A stretch of 64,000 nucleotides of DNA from an uncultured Acidobacteriota bacterium (GTDB taxonomy: Bacteria > Acidobacteriota > Polarisedimenticolia > JACPZX01). Where the stretch lies: NCBI GenBank assembly GCA_964568735.1, contig CAZMRF010000001.1, forward strand, positions 283,215 through 347,214. Reading direction: 5' to 3'. The notes under the pieces are model-generated. The model made no database searches. It was not told the DNA's origin and worked only from the letters and a program-made list of their open reading frames with translations. This document shows, in pieces, positions 31,618 through 40,717 of the stretch. The position numbers and the translations under genes are program-made. Within the stretch, counting starts at the first letter, position 1; each line of letters begins with the position of its first letter.

Positions 31618-32402
31618 ACCGAGAGGTCCATCGCCACCAGCTCATCTATCGCGAGCCCGCCCATCTCCGTGCGATCGAGGGAGGCGGAGGCCTCCTCGAG
31701 GAGATCGACGGTGGTATCGAGCGACTCCTTCGCGGAGCGGCTGATCTCGCTGGTGACTTCCCTCGCGCCTTCGCGCCGCTCACGGTAGACCTCCATCACT
31801 CGCATCTCGGCGTCGAAGACGACCATGTCCCCGGGCCCCAGGCCGGCCACCTCACCCGTCGCGAGGCATCGGACCTCCACCCGGCCCGAGGCGACGCTCA
31901 CCGATGCCCACGCAGGCTCCACGATGACGCTGAAGACCGTCCCCTTGACGCCCGCCACGAGCCAGGGAGTCTCGACGCTGACGCTCCTCTCCGGAGAGGG
32001 CTCGATCCGGTAGAGCGCATTCCCGGAGCCCTGGCGGATAACGGTGCTTTTTCCGGACGCTACCGCGGGCAGCACGATCTCGGAGGCGGGATCGACGAGA
32101 ATGACGTCCCCATTCCTCGCCAGCGTCGTGCGGCTCCGCTTCTGGGTGCGTACCGCGCTCTCGGGCTCGAGAAGGTCCCCGCGCCGGACGGCGCTCCAGG
32201 GGTCGGTCGTGGCCGCCGGGGGCCTCGATTCGACCATGCCCGTGGCCGCGACGGCCTTCCATCTATCCATCGAGAGAGCCCCGTCGACGACGGCGGCTGA
32301 TCCGGGCCCCATTCCGGCCCCCGACGACCCGGGGGCCAGGCTCAAAAGCGTCGCGCACAGGCCCAGCAGAAGCGCCGCGCTCAGTGGTTTCGTTCGTGAC
32401 AT
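31494..32402 (-). CDS. FecR-domain protein.
   Basis: Signal peptide and FecR-like beta-sandwich region. Strong RBS GGGAGGAAGG before the ATG at 32402. FecR genes commonly precede CHASE2 genes. Confidence 0.7.
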   Translation of the reverse strand: MSRTKPLSAALLLGLCATLLSLAPGSSGAGMGPGSAAVVDGALSMDRWKAVAATGMVESRPPAATTDPWSAVRRGDLLEPESAVRTQKRSRTTLARNGDVILVDPASEIVLPAVASGKSTVIRQGSGNALYRIEPSPERSVSVETPWLVAGVKGTVFSVIVEPAWASVSVASGRVEVRCLATGEVAGLGPGDMVVFDAEMRVMEVYRERREGAREVTSEISRSAKESLDTTVDLLEEASASLDRTEMGGLAIDELVAMDLSVWKLERDLRELDLDSTLKEDGTLLSSDGDQGLLDRLGLKSP

Positions 32403-32428
32403 GTTCCTTCCTCCCTCGTTCGCAGGAT

Positions 32429-33616
32429 TCAAGGACCAAGCTCCATCTTCACTCCCGCCTGCGCCCATCGTCGCGAGTAGACGTACGCAGGATCCTGGTC
32501 TTCGGACTCCTCCCGCCCGGCCTGCATGAAGACCGTGAGCCCGCCCGCGAGCGTCTGCTCCGCCTGCGCGACGAGGCGGCGGACGTCGCTCTCGCGCGTC
32601 TCGCCATTCGGGTTCGTCCCCACGGGCGCGTTCGGATAGTCGAGAGCGCTGCGCGAGGCGGTCAGCCGGAGGCGTGTCCGCTCCGCGGGGGTGCAGCCGA
32701 CCGCCACGACCGAGCTCCTCCCGAGCGAGTCGTAGAAGCCCTGGTGCTCGTCGGAGCGATCGGTGCCCCGGAAACCAGCGAGAAACTCCCACTTCGCCCC
32801 GGCGGCGATCTTCACGGAGGCCTGGTAACGGGAGTAGAGGTACTCCCGCCGGACGCCGGGCACCTCGGCGGCGTTTTCGTCGAGCGCCGGCAGCTCGGTG
32901 TATCGCCGGACGGTGCGGTTCCAGGAGAAGTCGACGATGACGGCGCGGAGAACTCTCGCCCGGATGCCCGGCTCGAAGCTCACGCTGCGATCATCGAGCG
33001 GGTAGAGGCCCGTGGCCTCGTCGTAGTCGTTGATGTAGCTGCGGCGGCTCGACTCCGCGTCCAGGTAGAGGAGCATGTTCTTGCCGGCCTGCCACCGGAG
33101 ATCCAGGAAGGCCCCGGTGCTCTCGAAGTCGAGACGATCCGGAATGGGCGTGGCCCCGGAGGTCCCCGAGGGCTGCTCGTAGACGCTGCCCGTCACGGGA
33201 TCGATCAGGGTGGTCCGGTAGGCCCCGTAGGTTCCGCCGGCCGCGAGGGTCACCCGGCGGGAGCCGTTCAGGTAGGGAACGACCGCGATACCTCCCCGGA
33301 GGTCGGCCCACCCTTCGTCCGCGTCGCGGGTTGAAGCTTCGTGATAGCGGCGGGCCCCGGAGGCGCTACCCAGGAATCCGAACCGGCGGCCGGTGACGGG
33401 ACTCAGCGAGAGATCGAACTCACCCTGCGTGAAGGCTCCGCTGCGGGCCTCTTCCGGAAGCTCGAGCGGGTTCGAATCGACTCCATAGGTGAGTCCGGCT
33501 CCGGCCGAGAAGTCGTGAGAGGCAGCGCCGGCGGACGGCCCCTGGAGGAGCAGAACTGAAAGCCCCAGGCCGAAGGCGGCGCGGATCCGCCCGGCGAGCG
33601 GTAGCTGAGGGAGCAT
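32429..33616 (-). CDS. Putative outer-membrane beta-barrel protein.
   Basis: Signal peptide. Alternating beta-strand pattern. Aromatic-rich C-terminus. It is upstream in the same operon as FecR/CHASE2. Confidence 0.55.
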   Translation of the reverse strand: MLPQLPLAGRIRAAFGLGLSVLLLQGPSAGAASHDFSAGAGLTYGVDSNPLELPEEARSGAFTQGEFDLSLSPVTGRRFGFLGSASGARRYHEASTRDADEGWADLRGGIAVVPYLNGSRRVTLAAGGTYGAYRTTLIDPVTGSVYEQPSGTSGATPIPDRLDFESTGAFLDLRWQAGKNMLLYLDAESSRRSYINDYDEATGLYPLDDRSVSFEPGIRARVLRAVIVDFSWNRTVRRYTELPALDENAAEVPGVRREYLYSRYQASVKIAAGAKWEFLAGFRGTDRSDEHQGFYDSLGRSSVVAVGCTPAERTRLRLTASRSALDYPNAPVGTNPNGETRESDVRRLVAQAEQTLAGGLTVFMQAGREESEDQDPAYVYSRRWAQAGVKMELGP

Positions 33617-33639
33617 CGTGTTCTGGCCCTCGATCCCTT

Positions 33640-33730
33640 TCCGCCGGCAAGGATGGTCGGGGGAGGTACTATGTCTATATGTATTTGCTAGCTATTGCAT
33701 ATATACAACTCTTGGGACGCATCTGCAAAA
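33640..33730 (-). promoter_or_regulatory. AT-rich island in a 70% GC background, a likely promoter region for the outer-membrane/FecR/CHASE2 operon.
   Basis: tactatgtctatatgtatttgctagctattgcatatatacaactc lies immediately upstream of the outer-membrane protein gene start at 33616. Confidence 0.45.
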
Positions 33731-33777
33731 GGAAGAGTCGATCCGAACGGACGGATCGCGGCCTCGCGGAAAGAGCC

Positions 33778-33802
33778 TCGGAAAAAACCCGACAGGCGGG
33801 GC
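33778..33802 (-). terminator. Putative rho-independent terminator after the ompA-like gene.
   Basis: On the minus strand, a GC stem CCCG-CCTGT-CGGG is followed by TTTTTT directly after the TGA stop. Confidence 0.4.
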
Positions 33803-33806
33803 CGTG

Positions 33807-34469
33807 TCAGGACAGGACTTTCACCTCGACCCGCCGATTCTGGGCACGGCCTTCTTTCGTGCCGTTGTCGGCAATCGGCTTGGCCTCGCCGAAGGAGATG
33901 ATCGACATCCTGTGCAGGGGTATCCCGTGCTGCATGTTCAGGTACCTGCGCACCGCCTCCGCCCTCTGCTGGCCCAGCGTCAGGTTCCAGGCCTCGGATC
34001 CCGACCCGTCGGTGTGACCCTCGATCTCGATGTAGACGTTCGCGTTCTCGCTCTTGAGCCTCGCCGCCATCTCGTCGAGCTTTCCTCTGGACTCGTCGCT
34101 CAGGTCCGACTTGTCCACGCTGAAGCGCCCGGCAACGTCGCTGAGCACCACCTTGTAGAGGAGCTTGCCGCGCGCCAGGTCGAGCGCCTCGCCCGCCTTC
34201 ACTTCGGCCTGGGCTGCCTTCGTTCCGGCGTCCTTCCCGATCCTCTGGGCATCCATGGCCTTCCCGTCGACGGCGACGATCTTCTCGCCGGCCTCGGCGA
34301 TCCTTCTCTGGTTCTCCTCGACCTGGGTCTCGACGTCGGCAATCTTGGAATCCTGGACGCTGAGCCCGTCGTTGACGAACCTCTTCGTGGCGCAACCCGA
34401 CGCGAGGAGCATTCCGGCACCAGCCAGCGCGACGGACGGAATCAGTGCGAGTCTCATTCTCTCTTTCAT
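33807..34469 (-). CDS. OmpA-family lipoprotein (Pal-like peptidoglycan-binding).
   Basis: Lipobox LLASGC. Coiled-coil region. OmpA_C motif (IEIEGHTDGSGSEAWNLTLGQQRAEAV...NRRVEV). RBS AGGAG upstream. Confidence 0.85.
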   Translation of the reverse strand: MKERMRLALIPSVALAGAGMLLASGCATKRFVNDGLSVQDSKIADVETQVEENQRRIAEAGEKIVAVDGKAMDAQRIGKDAGTKAAQAEVKAGEALDLARGKLLYKVVLSDVAGRFSVDKSDLSDESRGKLDEMAARLKSENANVYIEIEGHTDGSGSEAWNLTLGQQRAEAVRRYLNMQHGIPLHRMSIISFGEAKPIADNGTKEGRAQNRRVEVKVLS

Positions 34470-34580
34470 GGGTTCTCCTGCCCCTGGGCACGTGCGGAGC
34501 CCGCGCGGCAGCATGCGGGCTGTTAATGAGTCAGACGGGGCGGCCAGCCTTAGCCTTTCACACCACGGGTGCAGTGTCAA

Positions 34581-35606
34581 TTACCGGCGGCCATAGTAGC
34601 CCGTCCGTGTGATGACACGATGTCCTGGATCCGACGACTTGAGATCGATCCGCCGGAAGCCGGGAGCGTCGGGATCGGAGGAGGGCCGGTAGCCGATGAT
34701 GTACTGGGCGCGCAACCGCTGCTCCACGAAGGTGACGGCTGCATCCAGGTCCCCCTCCAGAAAGACCGGAAGCAGCTCGCCGCCCGTCTCTTTCCCGAAC
34801 TCCGCGAGCACCTCGAAGAAGTCGCGCCCCTCGTCGGAGCGCCGCCGCTCATCGCGGGCTTCGGCCGTGAGATCCGAGAAGGCCAGCGCGTAGATCGGAA
34901 CCGGAACCTGCCGGGCCGTGCGGATCGCATCGAAGACGGTCATCTCCGAGGCGTTGTCCACGCCGTCGGTGAGGAGGACGACGGCCTTCCGCCCCGGACC
35001 CGCGCCGTCCATGATCGAGGGCGCGCCTGCGAGGGCGTCCCTGAGCGCCGTCTGACCCCAGGCCGTGAGGCTTCGCAGCGCCGTGAAGAAGGCGGCTCGA
35101 TCGGCCGTCAAGCCCTTCTTCACGACCACTCCGCCGTCGGCGAAGATGAGGAGGGCCAGCCTGTCTCCGGGCTGCAACCGCCTCACGAAGCGGTGGATCG
35201 CCGCCTTCGCCCTGTCCAGCTTTCCGCCGACGGCCATCGAGCCCGAGACGTCGAGGAGGAAGGCCACCTGGACCGGCTGGTCCTCGGAGGTTCCGAAGGC
35301 CGTGATCTTCTGAGGCACGCCGTCCTCGGCCAGCTGGAAGCTCGATGGCGTCAAGCCGGTGACCACCTCTCCGCGCCGATCCAGGACGGTGGCCTGGAGC
35401 AGGACGAGGCGCACTTCGAGGGTCTCGAAGTAGCCGCGGATCTCCGGCTCCTGCGCCGCGGGGGCCGGTGGCGCGCCGGGATCTGCAGCTTCTGCGCGCC
35501 CCGGGAGCGCCAGGAGGCTCGCGGCCGCGAGCGTCACGAGGAGCCTTCCCGCTCCCCTGGCGGTCACCGCGTCTTGTGCCACGTGACGTCCCTCCCGGCG
35601 AGGCAT
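34581..35606 (-). CDS. Secreted von Willebrand factor A (VWA) domain protein.
   Basis: Signal peptide. MIDAS-like motif LLDVSGSM. The alternative GTG start at 35582 has the better RBS (GGGAGGGA). Confidence 0.7.
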   Translation of the reverse strand: MPRREGRHVAQDAVTARGAGRLLVTLAAASLLALPGRAEAADPGAPPAPAAQEPEIRGYFETLEVRLVLLQATVLDRRGEVVTGLTPSSFQLAEDGVPQKITAFGTSEDQPVQVAFLLDVSGSMAVGGKLDRAKAAIHRFVRRLQPGDRLALLIFADGGVVVKKGLTADRAAFFTALRSLTAWGQTALRDALAGAPSIMDGAGPGRKAVVLLTDGVDNASEMTVFDAIRTARQVPVPIYALAFSDLTAEARDERRRSDEGRDFFEVLAEFGKETGGELLPVFLEGDLDAAVTFVEQRLRAQYIIGYRPSSDPDAPGFRRIDLKSSDPGHRVITRTGYYGRR

Positions 35607-36703
35607 GAATAGATGCCCACGATCGATGCCGCGCTCACCACGAGAAAGTAGGCGGGAACGCCGAGGAGCCCGCGAAGCCGCAGGCCCGCCCGGTCGGCCG
35701 CGAGCAAGACCAGAGAGATCGCATAGAAAACCGCCTGTCCCGCCGCCGCCGCCTTGAAGGCGGCACCGCGCTCCATCAGCAGGAGGCTCGTGATGAAGAG
35801 GCCGATGAGCCACAGGGGCAGGGCCCACCGGTTGATCTTGTGCGACAAAAGCTGAAACGCAAGGAGCCAGCGCCGCCGGGAGAGCGCCTCGCGGAGGAGG
35901 ATCAGCGCGCTGCGCAGCATCCAGCTGATGATCCTCACCTTGCGCCGGTACTCCTGCTCGAAGCCGCCGGCCGCCTCCTCGACCGAGATCGCCTCCGGCT
36001 CCAGGATCGAACCGTATCCGTCCAGGATGCACCGGATCGGAATCTCGAAATCGTCGCCCCGCTCCTCCGATATGGGCCGGTAGCAGCTGCGTCGAACCGC
36101 GAAGAGCGATCCGTTGGCTCCAGGCAACGAGAAGAGGCGGCTGCTGGCCCGCTTGATCCACTGCTCGAGCCCCCAGTAGAGCCCTTCCGAAGCTCCTGCT
36201 CCCCCGCCCCCGGGGTTCTCGTAGGTCAGCCTTCCCGAGACGGAGCCGATGCGCGCGTCGGCGAAGTGGCGAGCGAGCTTCCTCAGCGCATCGGGACGCA
36301 GCATGGCGTTGGCATCGGTGAGGAGGAGGATCTCGCCGCCGCTACGGGGGATGGCACGGTTCACGTTCACGACCTTGCCGCGGCGGACCGGGCTGGAGAC
36401 GAGGGCCACGCCCCGTCGTGCGTATCCAGCCACGATCGCATCGGTCCGATCGTCCGACTCGGAGGCCACCAGGATCTCCACCTTTCCGGGCGGATAATCC
36501 AGGGCGAGCATGTTGTCGAGCTTCCGCGCGATGACCGCTTCCTCGTTGTAGGCGGGGATGACGACCGACACGGAGGGCGCATATCCCTCATCGGCCCGGG
36601 ACTTCCTCCCGAAGATCGCGGCGAGCAGTGCGAGGAAGAGCGGGTAGAACACCATCGAGTGGAGGAGCAGGGCGGCGAAGACGATGAAGCTCGCGAGGAT
36701 CAT
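35564..36703 (-). CDS. Family 2 glycosyltransferase (GT2).
   Basis: N-terminal TM helix. VSVVIPAYNEE, DD and TDAN motifs. C-terminal TM helices. ATGA overlap with the upstream GT4 gene. Confidence 0.9.
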   Translation of the reverse strand: MILASFIVFAALLLHSMVFYPLFLALLAAIFGRKSRADEGYAPSVSVVIPAYNEEAVIARKLDNMLALDYPPGKVEILVASESDDRTDAIVAGYARRGVALVSSPVRRGKVVNVNRAIPRSGGEILLLTDANAMLRPDALRKLARHFADARIGSVSGRLTYENPGGGGAGASEGLYWGLEQWIKRASSRLFSLPGANGSLFAVRRSCYRPISEERGDDFEIPIRCILDGYGSILEPEAISVEEAAGGFEQEYRRKVRIISWMLRSALILLREALSRRRWLLAFQLLSHKINRWALPLWLIGLFITSLLLMERGAAFKAAAAGQAVFYAISLVLLAADRAGLRLRGLLGVPAYFLVVSAASIVGIYSCLAGRDVTWHKTR

Positions 36704-37920
36704 CGTCCGCCCCCCGGCACGCCTCCGCGGATCAGATCGAGGAGCGTGTCGGCGTTGGCCGAGGCATCGTGGAGCGCCTCGACGCGCCGGCGCCCTTCGG
36801 AAGCGACGCGTGCGGCCAGCTCCCGATCATCGAGGAGGCGCTCGACGGCCGAGGCGAGCGCGGCCGCGTCACTGGGTGGGACGAGAAGCCCGGTCTTCCC
36901 CTCCTGGATGAGCTCGGGGATGCCGGAGATCCGCGTCGAGACCACGGGCACCCCGAGAGCCAGGGCCTCCATCAGGACCACGGGGATGCCGTCCATCTGT
37001 CCGTCACGCCCCCTGCAGGAGGCCAGCACGCAGAGCCCCGCCGACTCCATCAGCGCCCGCACTTCCGCCTGGGTCCGTGCGCCGAGGAGGCGCACCGGGC
37101 CGTCGAGGCCCAGGCGGCCGATCTCCCGCGCGAGCTCCGCGCGCATCGGCCCTTCCCCTACGACATCGCAGCTCACGTCTCTACCGCGACGTCTCAGGAT
37201 GGATACCGCCTCGACCAGAGTCGCGAATCCCTTGTAGTCCACGAGCCGCCCCACGGAGATGAGGCGCCCGGGGTCGGATGGCGCCCCGGCCCGGAGAGGC
37301 AGCTCCCCGAGTGGAACACCGCAGCGGACCAGGCGCACCCTGGCCGCCGCCTTCTCGCCGCAGAGACGCTTCAGTAAATCGACGTTGAACTCGGAGATCG
37401 TGGCCGTGAAGGCCGACGAGAGGATCTTCCGGGCCAGGAGAGGGTTCGGCAGGAAGATGTCGTGCGCGTGAGCGGTGATCGAGTAGGGGATGCCCTCGAG
37501 GGCCTGGACCGTCCAGCCGATTTGAGCGGGATAGGTGGCCCAATGGGCGTGGACGTGATCGACGCGCAGCTCCCTCAGCCGATCCGCGACACCCGCTCCG
37601 GTGATGAGCAGGAGGAGTGCCTTGATCATCATGAACGGGTGCGCGATGTGGGCGCCGACGACGCGGCCGATGAGCCCCAGGCAGGCCGCGGGCTGCTTCG
37701 CCAGCCTCCGCGCGAAAGCCAAGGAGGCCACCACCGGCGACGGTGCGGCGAGCGTGACCGGGAGGAAGGCCTCCGCTTCCCTGTGCCGAAGGGGCTCCCG
37801 CCTCGACTTGAGCGAGATCACGACGATCTCGACCCCACGCTCGCGAAGGCGCCGCATCTCGCTCAGGATGAAGGTCTCCGAGATCTTCGGAAAGAGCGAG
37901 AGGACGTAGGCGACCTTCAA
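36700..37920 (-). CDS. Family 4 glycosyltransferase (GT4, Glycos_transf_1).
   Basis: GT4 C-terminal motif (VVLMEALALGVPVVST...G..E...G.LV). TTG start overlapping the upstream stop (TTGA). Confidence 0.85.
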   Translation of the reverse strand: MKVAYVLSLFPKISETFILSEMRRLRERGVEIVVISLKSRREPLRHREAEAFLPVTLAAPSPVVASLAFARRLAKQPAACLGLIGRVVGAHIAHPFMMIKALLLLITGAGVADRLRELRVDHVHAHWATYPAQIGWTVQALEGIPYSITAHAHDIFLPNPLLARKILSSAFTATISEFNVDLLKRLCGEKAAARVRLVRCGVPLGELPLRAGAPSDPGRLISVGRLVDYKGFATLVEAVSILRRRGRDVSCDVVGEGPMRAELAREIGRLGLDGPVRLLGARTQAEVRALMESAGLCVLASCRGRDGQMDGIPVVLMEALALGVPVVSTRISGIPELIQEGKTGLLVPPSDAAALASAVERLLDDRELAARVASEGRRRVEALHDASANADTLLDLIRGGVPGGGR

Positions 37921-39647
37921 GGATCGCTCCCCTCGAAGCGCGCGAAGCAGGCACGGAGGCTCATCTCGACGGCCTCCTGGGCCAGCTCCTGGACGGGAAG
38001 CCTCCCATCGAGCCGGATGAAGGGAGTTCCGGCCGACCCGACGTCATAGGCCCCGGCCAGCCTCCTCCTTCCCTCCAGAGAGCCGCCGTCGCTCTTCCTG
38101 GCGTGCGCCAGATCCGCCGGGACGTCGATGAAGAACGCGAGGTCGGGCTCGGGAACGGCGCCCAGCAGGACGGAGGCGGGCCGGGCCACGAGACTCCGGG
38201 ATCCGGCTCCGGGCAGCCGGGCCATGAGGTCGGCCATGGAGTCCGTCACCCATCGATCGCCCACGACGGTGCGCCCCAGCATCATGTGAAAGCGAACCCT
38301 CTGGAGCACCAGCGCCTGCTCCAGGACGAGGCCCCAGATCCAGAGCCTCCGCTTCCAGGGCGATCGCAGGAAGGAGATCTTCGCATCCTCGTCGGCAGCG
38401 GCTGGCACGGAACGCGGAGCCATTCTCCTGGCCAGGGCCTTCCCCGCCACGGCGGCGGCGGAGAAGCCGCCTCGGCTCCATCGCCGGGCGACGGGCACCT
38501 CGCAGAGGTCCAGGGCCGCCGCGACAGCGTCGGCGAGCCGGCTCTTGCCGGCGCCGTCGAGCCCGCTCAACGTGATGAGGCTGGCCGGACGCTGGCGGAG
38601 ACGGAGACGGGTCGCGAGGAGGTTCCACGCGGTGGCGGCCAGATCGGCGAGCTTCTCGTCAGGCGCTCGCCGGGGATCCGCGAGGACGTAATGGACGAGG
38701 TGCGCCTTCGAGAAGCGGCGCGGCAGGAGGAAGGGAAGCTCCGTTCCCTCTCTTGCCAGGATGCGCTCGACTCGCTTCAGGGCCCACGGGTTCGTCGAGA
38801 GTGTCGAGGCCACCCTCGCCTCCGCCTCCCCATGGAGGAGTCCCGGCCCGCCCGAGCGGCGCCCGACCGCGTCGTAGAGGCGCAGCCCTGCCGCGGCCGC
38901 CACCGGCCAGCCTCCCCTCTCCGCCCTCTCGAGGAGATCAGGAATCGAGGCTCCGCCCGCCGACGCCTCGGCCGCTATCAGGAGATCTCCGAGCCTCACC
39001 TGATCGGTCTCGAAGACCGTATGGGCGATCGTGACAGCGAGAGCATCGAGCGGAGAGGAGACTCGGGTCCCCTCCTCGTAGCCGGGGAGGCTCCGGGCGA
39101 TGACACCAGCGCCATCCAGGATGCGCACCTTTCCCCAGGAAACCGCCTCGTGCAGGTGGACGCTCAGAGAGGCGGCTCCCCTCTCGAAGGTGCGGAAGAG
39201 GAGCTTGTGATCTTCGCGATAGTGGGGCAGATGGATGTGACCGAGCTGCTCGAGGAGCCGGGCCGCCTCCCGGAAGTCCGCCGGCTTCACCAGAACGTCC
39301 AGGTTGCTGCTCAGCGCAGGGAACCAGCCGGGGCTCTTGAAGAGGACGCTGCCGATGCCGCTCCTGTCGAAGGCGTCCGCCACGCGGCGCCATGCGTCCA
39401 GGAGGCGGCGCGTCATTCCGGCCTCCTCGGCGATCGCCTGCGCCGCCTCGGGCTGCGCGGCCCACTGCTTCCACGCCTGGCGGAGGGACTCCGAGCGCAG
39501 GCGGTCCATGGCGAGCAGCGGGACCTTGTTCCGGCGAAGAAGGGCCAGCACGGAAGGCGGATCCACGGGATCCTGATGCAGCCCCGCCTCCCGGGACGCT
39601 CCGAGGACGAGCCGCACGGCCGAGTCGAGGACGCCGCGCCCCGTCAA
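37917..39647 (-). CDS. Fusion protein: PF14907-like nucleotidyltransferase N-domain plus a C-terminal P-loop (dTMP-kinase-like) NTPase.
   Basis: Walker A ITLSGLDGAGKS in the C-terminal half. The N-terminal half resembles the standalone NTase at 24971-26041. TTG start with TTGA overlap. Confidence 0.6.
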   Translation of the reverse strand: MTGRGVLDSAVRLVLGASREAGLHQDPVDPPSVLALLRRNKVPLLAMDRLRSESLRQAWKQWAAQPEAAQAIAEEAGMTRRLLDAWRRVADAFDRSGIGSVLFKSPGWFPALSSNLDVLVKPADFREAARLLEQLGHIHLPHYREDHKLLFRTFERGAASLSVHLHEAVSWGKVRILDGAGVIARSLPGYEEGTRVSSPLDALAVTIAHTVFETDQVRLGDLLIAAEASAGGASIPDLLERAERGGWPVAAAAGLRLYDAVGRRSGGPGLLHGEAEARVASTLSTNPWALKRVERILAREGTELPFLLPRRFSKAHLVHYVLADPRRAPDEKLADLAATAWNLLATRLRLRQRPASLITLSGLDGAGKSRLADAVAAALDLCEVPVARRWSRGGFSAAAVAGKALARRMAPRSVPAAADEDAKISFLRSPWKRRLWIWGLVLEQALVLQRVRFHMMLGRTVVGDRWVTDSMADLMARLPGAGSRSLVARPASVLLGAVPEPDLAFFIDVPADLAHARKSDGGSLEGRRRLAGAYDVGSAGTPFIRLDGRLPVQELAQEAVEMSLRACFARFEGSDP

Positions 39648-40717
39648 GGCCCGCCCCCGCTCACCCCGTGCTCAGGCGTGTCGAGAGCCGCGAGGATCCG
39701 CTCCGCCATGGAGTCCCAGCCCAGGGGAAGGGCCCGATCGCGCACCTCGGGCGCGGGACGGTCGCGCTGGAGTGCCGCCACCTGCCGCGGGATCTCCTCC
39801 CGGGATCCGACGAAGCGGACTCCCGGGCCGCCCCCTTCGAGAAGCTCGGGGAGGCCGCCGAAGCGCGTGGTGACGATGGGCAGGTTGCAGGCCATGGCCT
39901 CCAGGACCGAGAGAGGAAGCTCGATAGAGTCCACGGAGGACTCGACGGGAAAGAGATAGCAGTCGGCGGCCCGGTAGTAGTCCTCGATCGCGGGGAGATA
40001 GCTCTCGATCACGCGGACTCCCGCCGCCTGAAGGCGCCTGCGGAGCTCGGGATCGCGCTCGGTGCTCGTGCTCGCCACGAGGACGGCCTGGACTCCATCG
40101 AGGGCCTGAACCGAGGCGAGCGCCATGATCCCCCGGCCTCTCGTCAGGTGGCCGACATGGAGGACCATGTACGCGGAGAGCGGCAGTCCGAGCGCTCGAC
40201 GCAGGTCGCTCGTGGACTCCGCTCCCCGAGGCCTGAAAAGATCGGTGTCCACACCTCCTTCGAGCCGGCAGACCGGGAGGCCGAGGGATCTGCCGTCCGC
40301 CTCGACCTTCGGGCCGAGCGCGAAGAGGAGATCCGGGCGGCCGGCCCATGCCGCGAGACGGATGAGACGGCCTGCTCCTCTGGGCTGGAGGGCCATGACG
40401 CCCAGGCGCGCGCGGGGGGCCCGCCTCCTGAGCACCGCGACCCGCACCAGTGTCCGCGCCGTCAGGGAGGTCCAGGGCACGTAGAGGATCCCTTCGGGCT
40501 CCCACGATCGAAGCGCCTCCGCCAGATCGCGTCCGAGGAACCAGCGATCGTGCAGCAGTCCCCGGACCTCGATGCCGAAGACCTCCGCCTTCCGCGCGCC
40601 GATGACGAGGAGATCGGCACGGCGGGAGATCTCCCTTGCGAGCCGGGCCGCGAGAATGCGCACTCCCTCGTCGAGCGGCGGGCTCAGCACCTCGCAGATC
40701 AGCGCCATCCTCTTCAT
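39644..40717 (-). CDS. Family 4 glycosyltransferase (GT4).
   Basis: GT-B fold and a Glycos_transf_1-like C-terminus. ATGA overlaps on both sides. Confidence 0.8.
   Translation of the reverse strand: MKRMALICEVLSPPLDEGVRILAARLAREISRRADLLVIGARKAEVFGIEVRGLLHDRWFLGRDLAEALRSWEPEGILYVPWTSLTARTLVRVAVLRRRAPRARLGVMALQPRGAGRLIRLAAWAGRPDLLFALGPKVEADGRSLGLPVCRLEGGVDTDLFRPRGAESTSDLRRALGLPLSAYMVLHVGHLTRGRGIMALASVQALDGVQAVLVASTSTERDPELRRRLQAAGVRVIESYLPAIEDYYRAADCYLFPVESSVDSIELPLSVLEAMACNLPIVTTRFGGLPELLEGGGPGVRFVGSREEIPRQVAALQRDRPAPEVRDRALPLGWDSMAERILAALDTPEHGVSGGGP

Noticed and set aside
33688-34491. 267-aa ORF on the same strand as the ompA-like gene in another frame.
   Set aside because: The OmpA_C motifs and the lipobox are in the other frame, and this translation is Arg/Gly-rich with no features.
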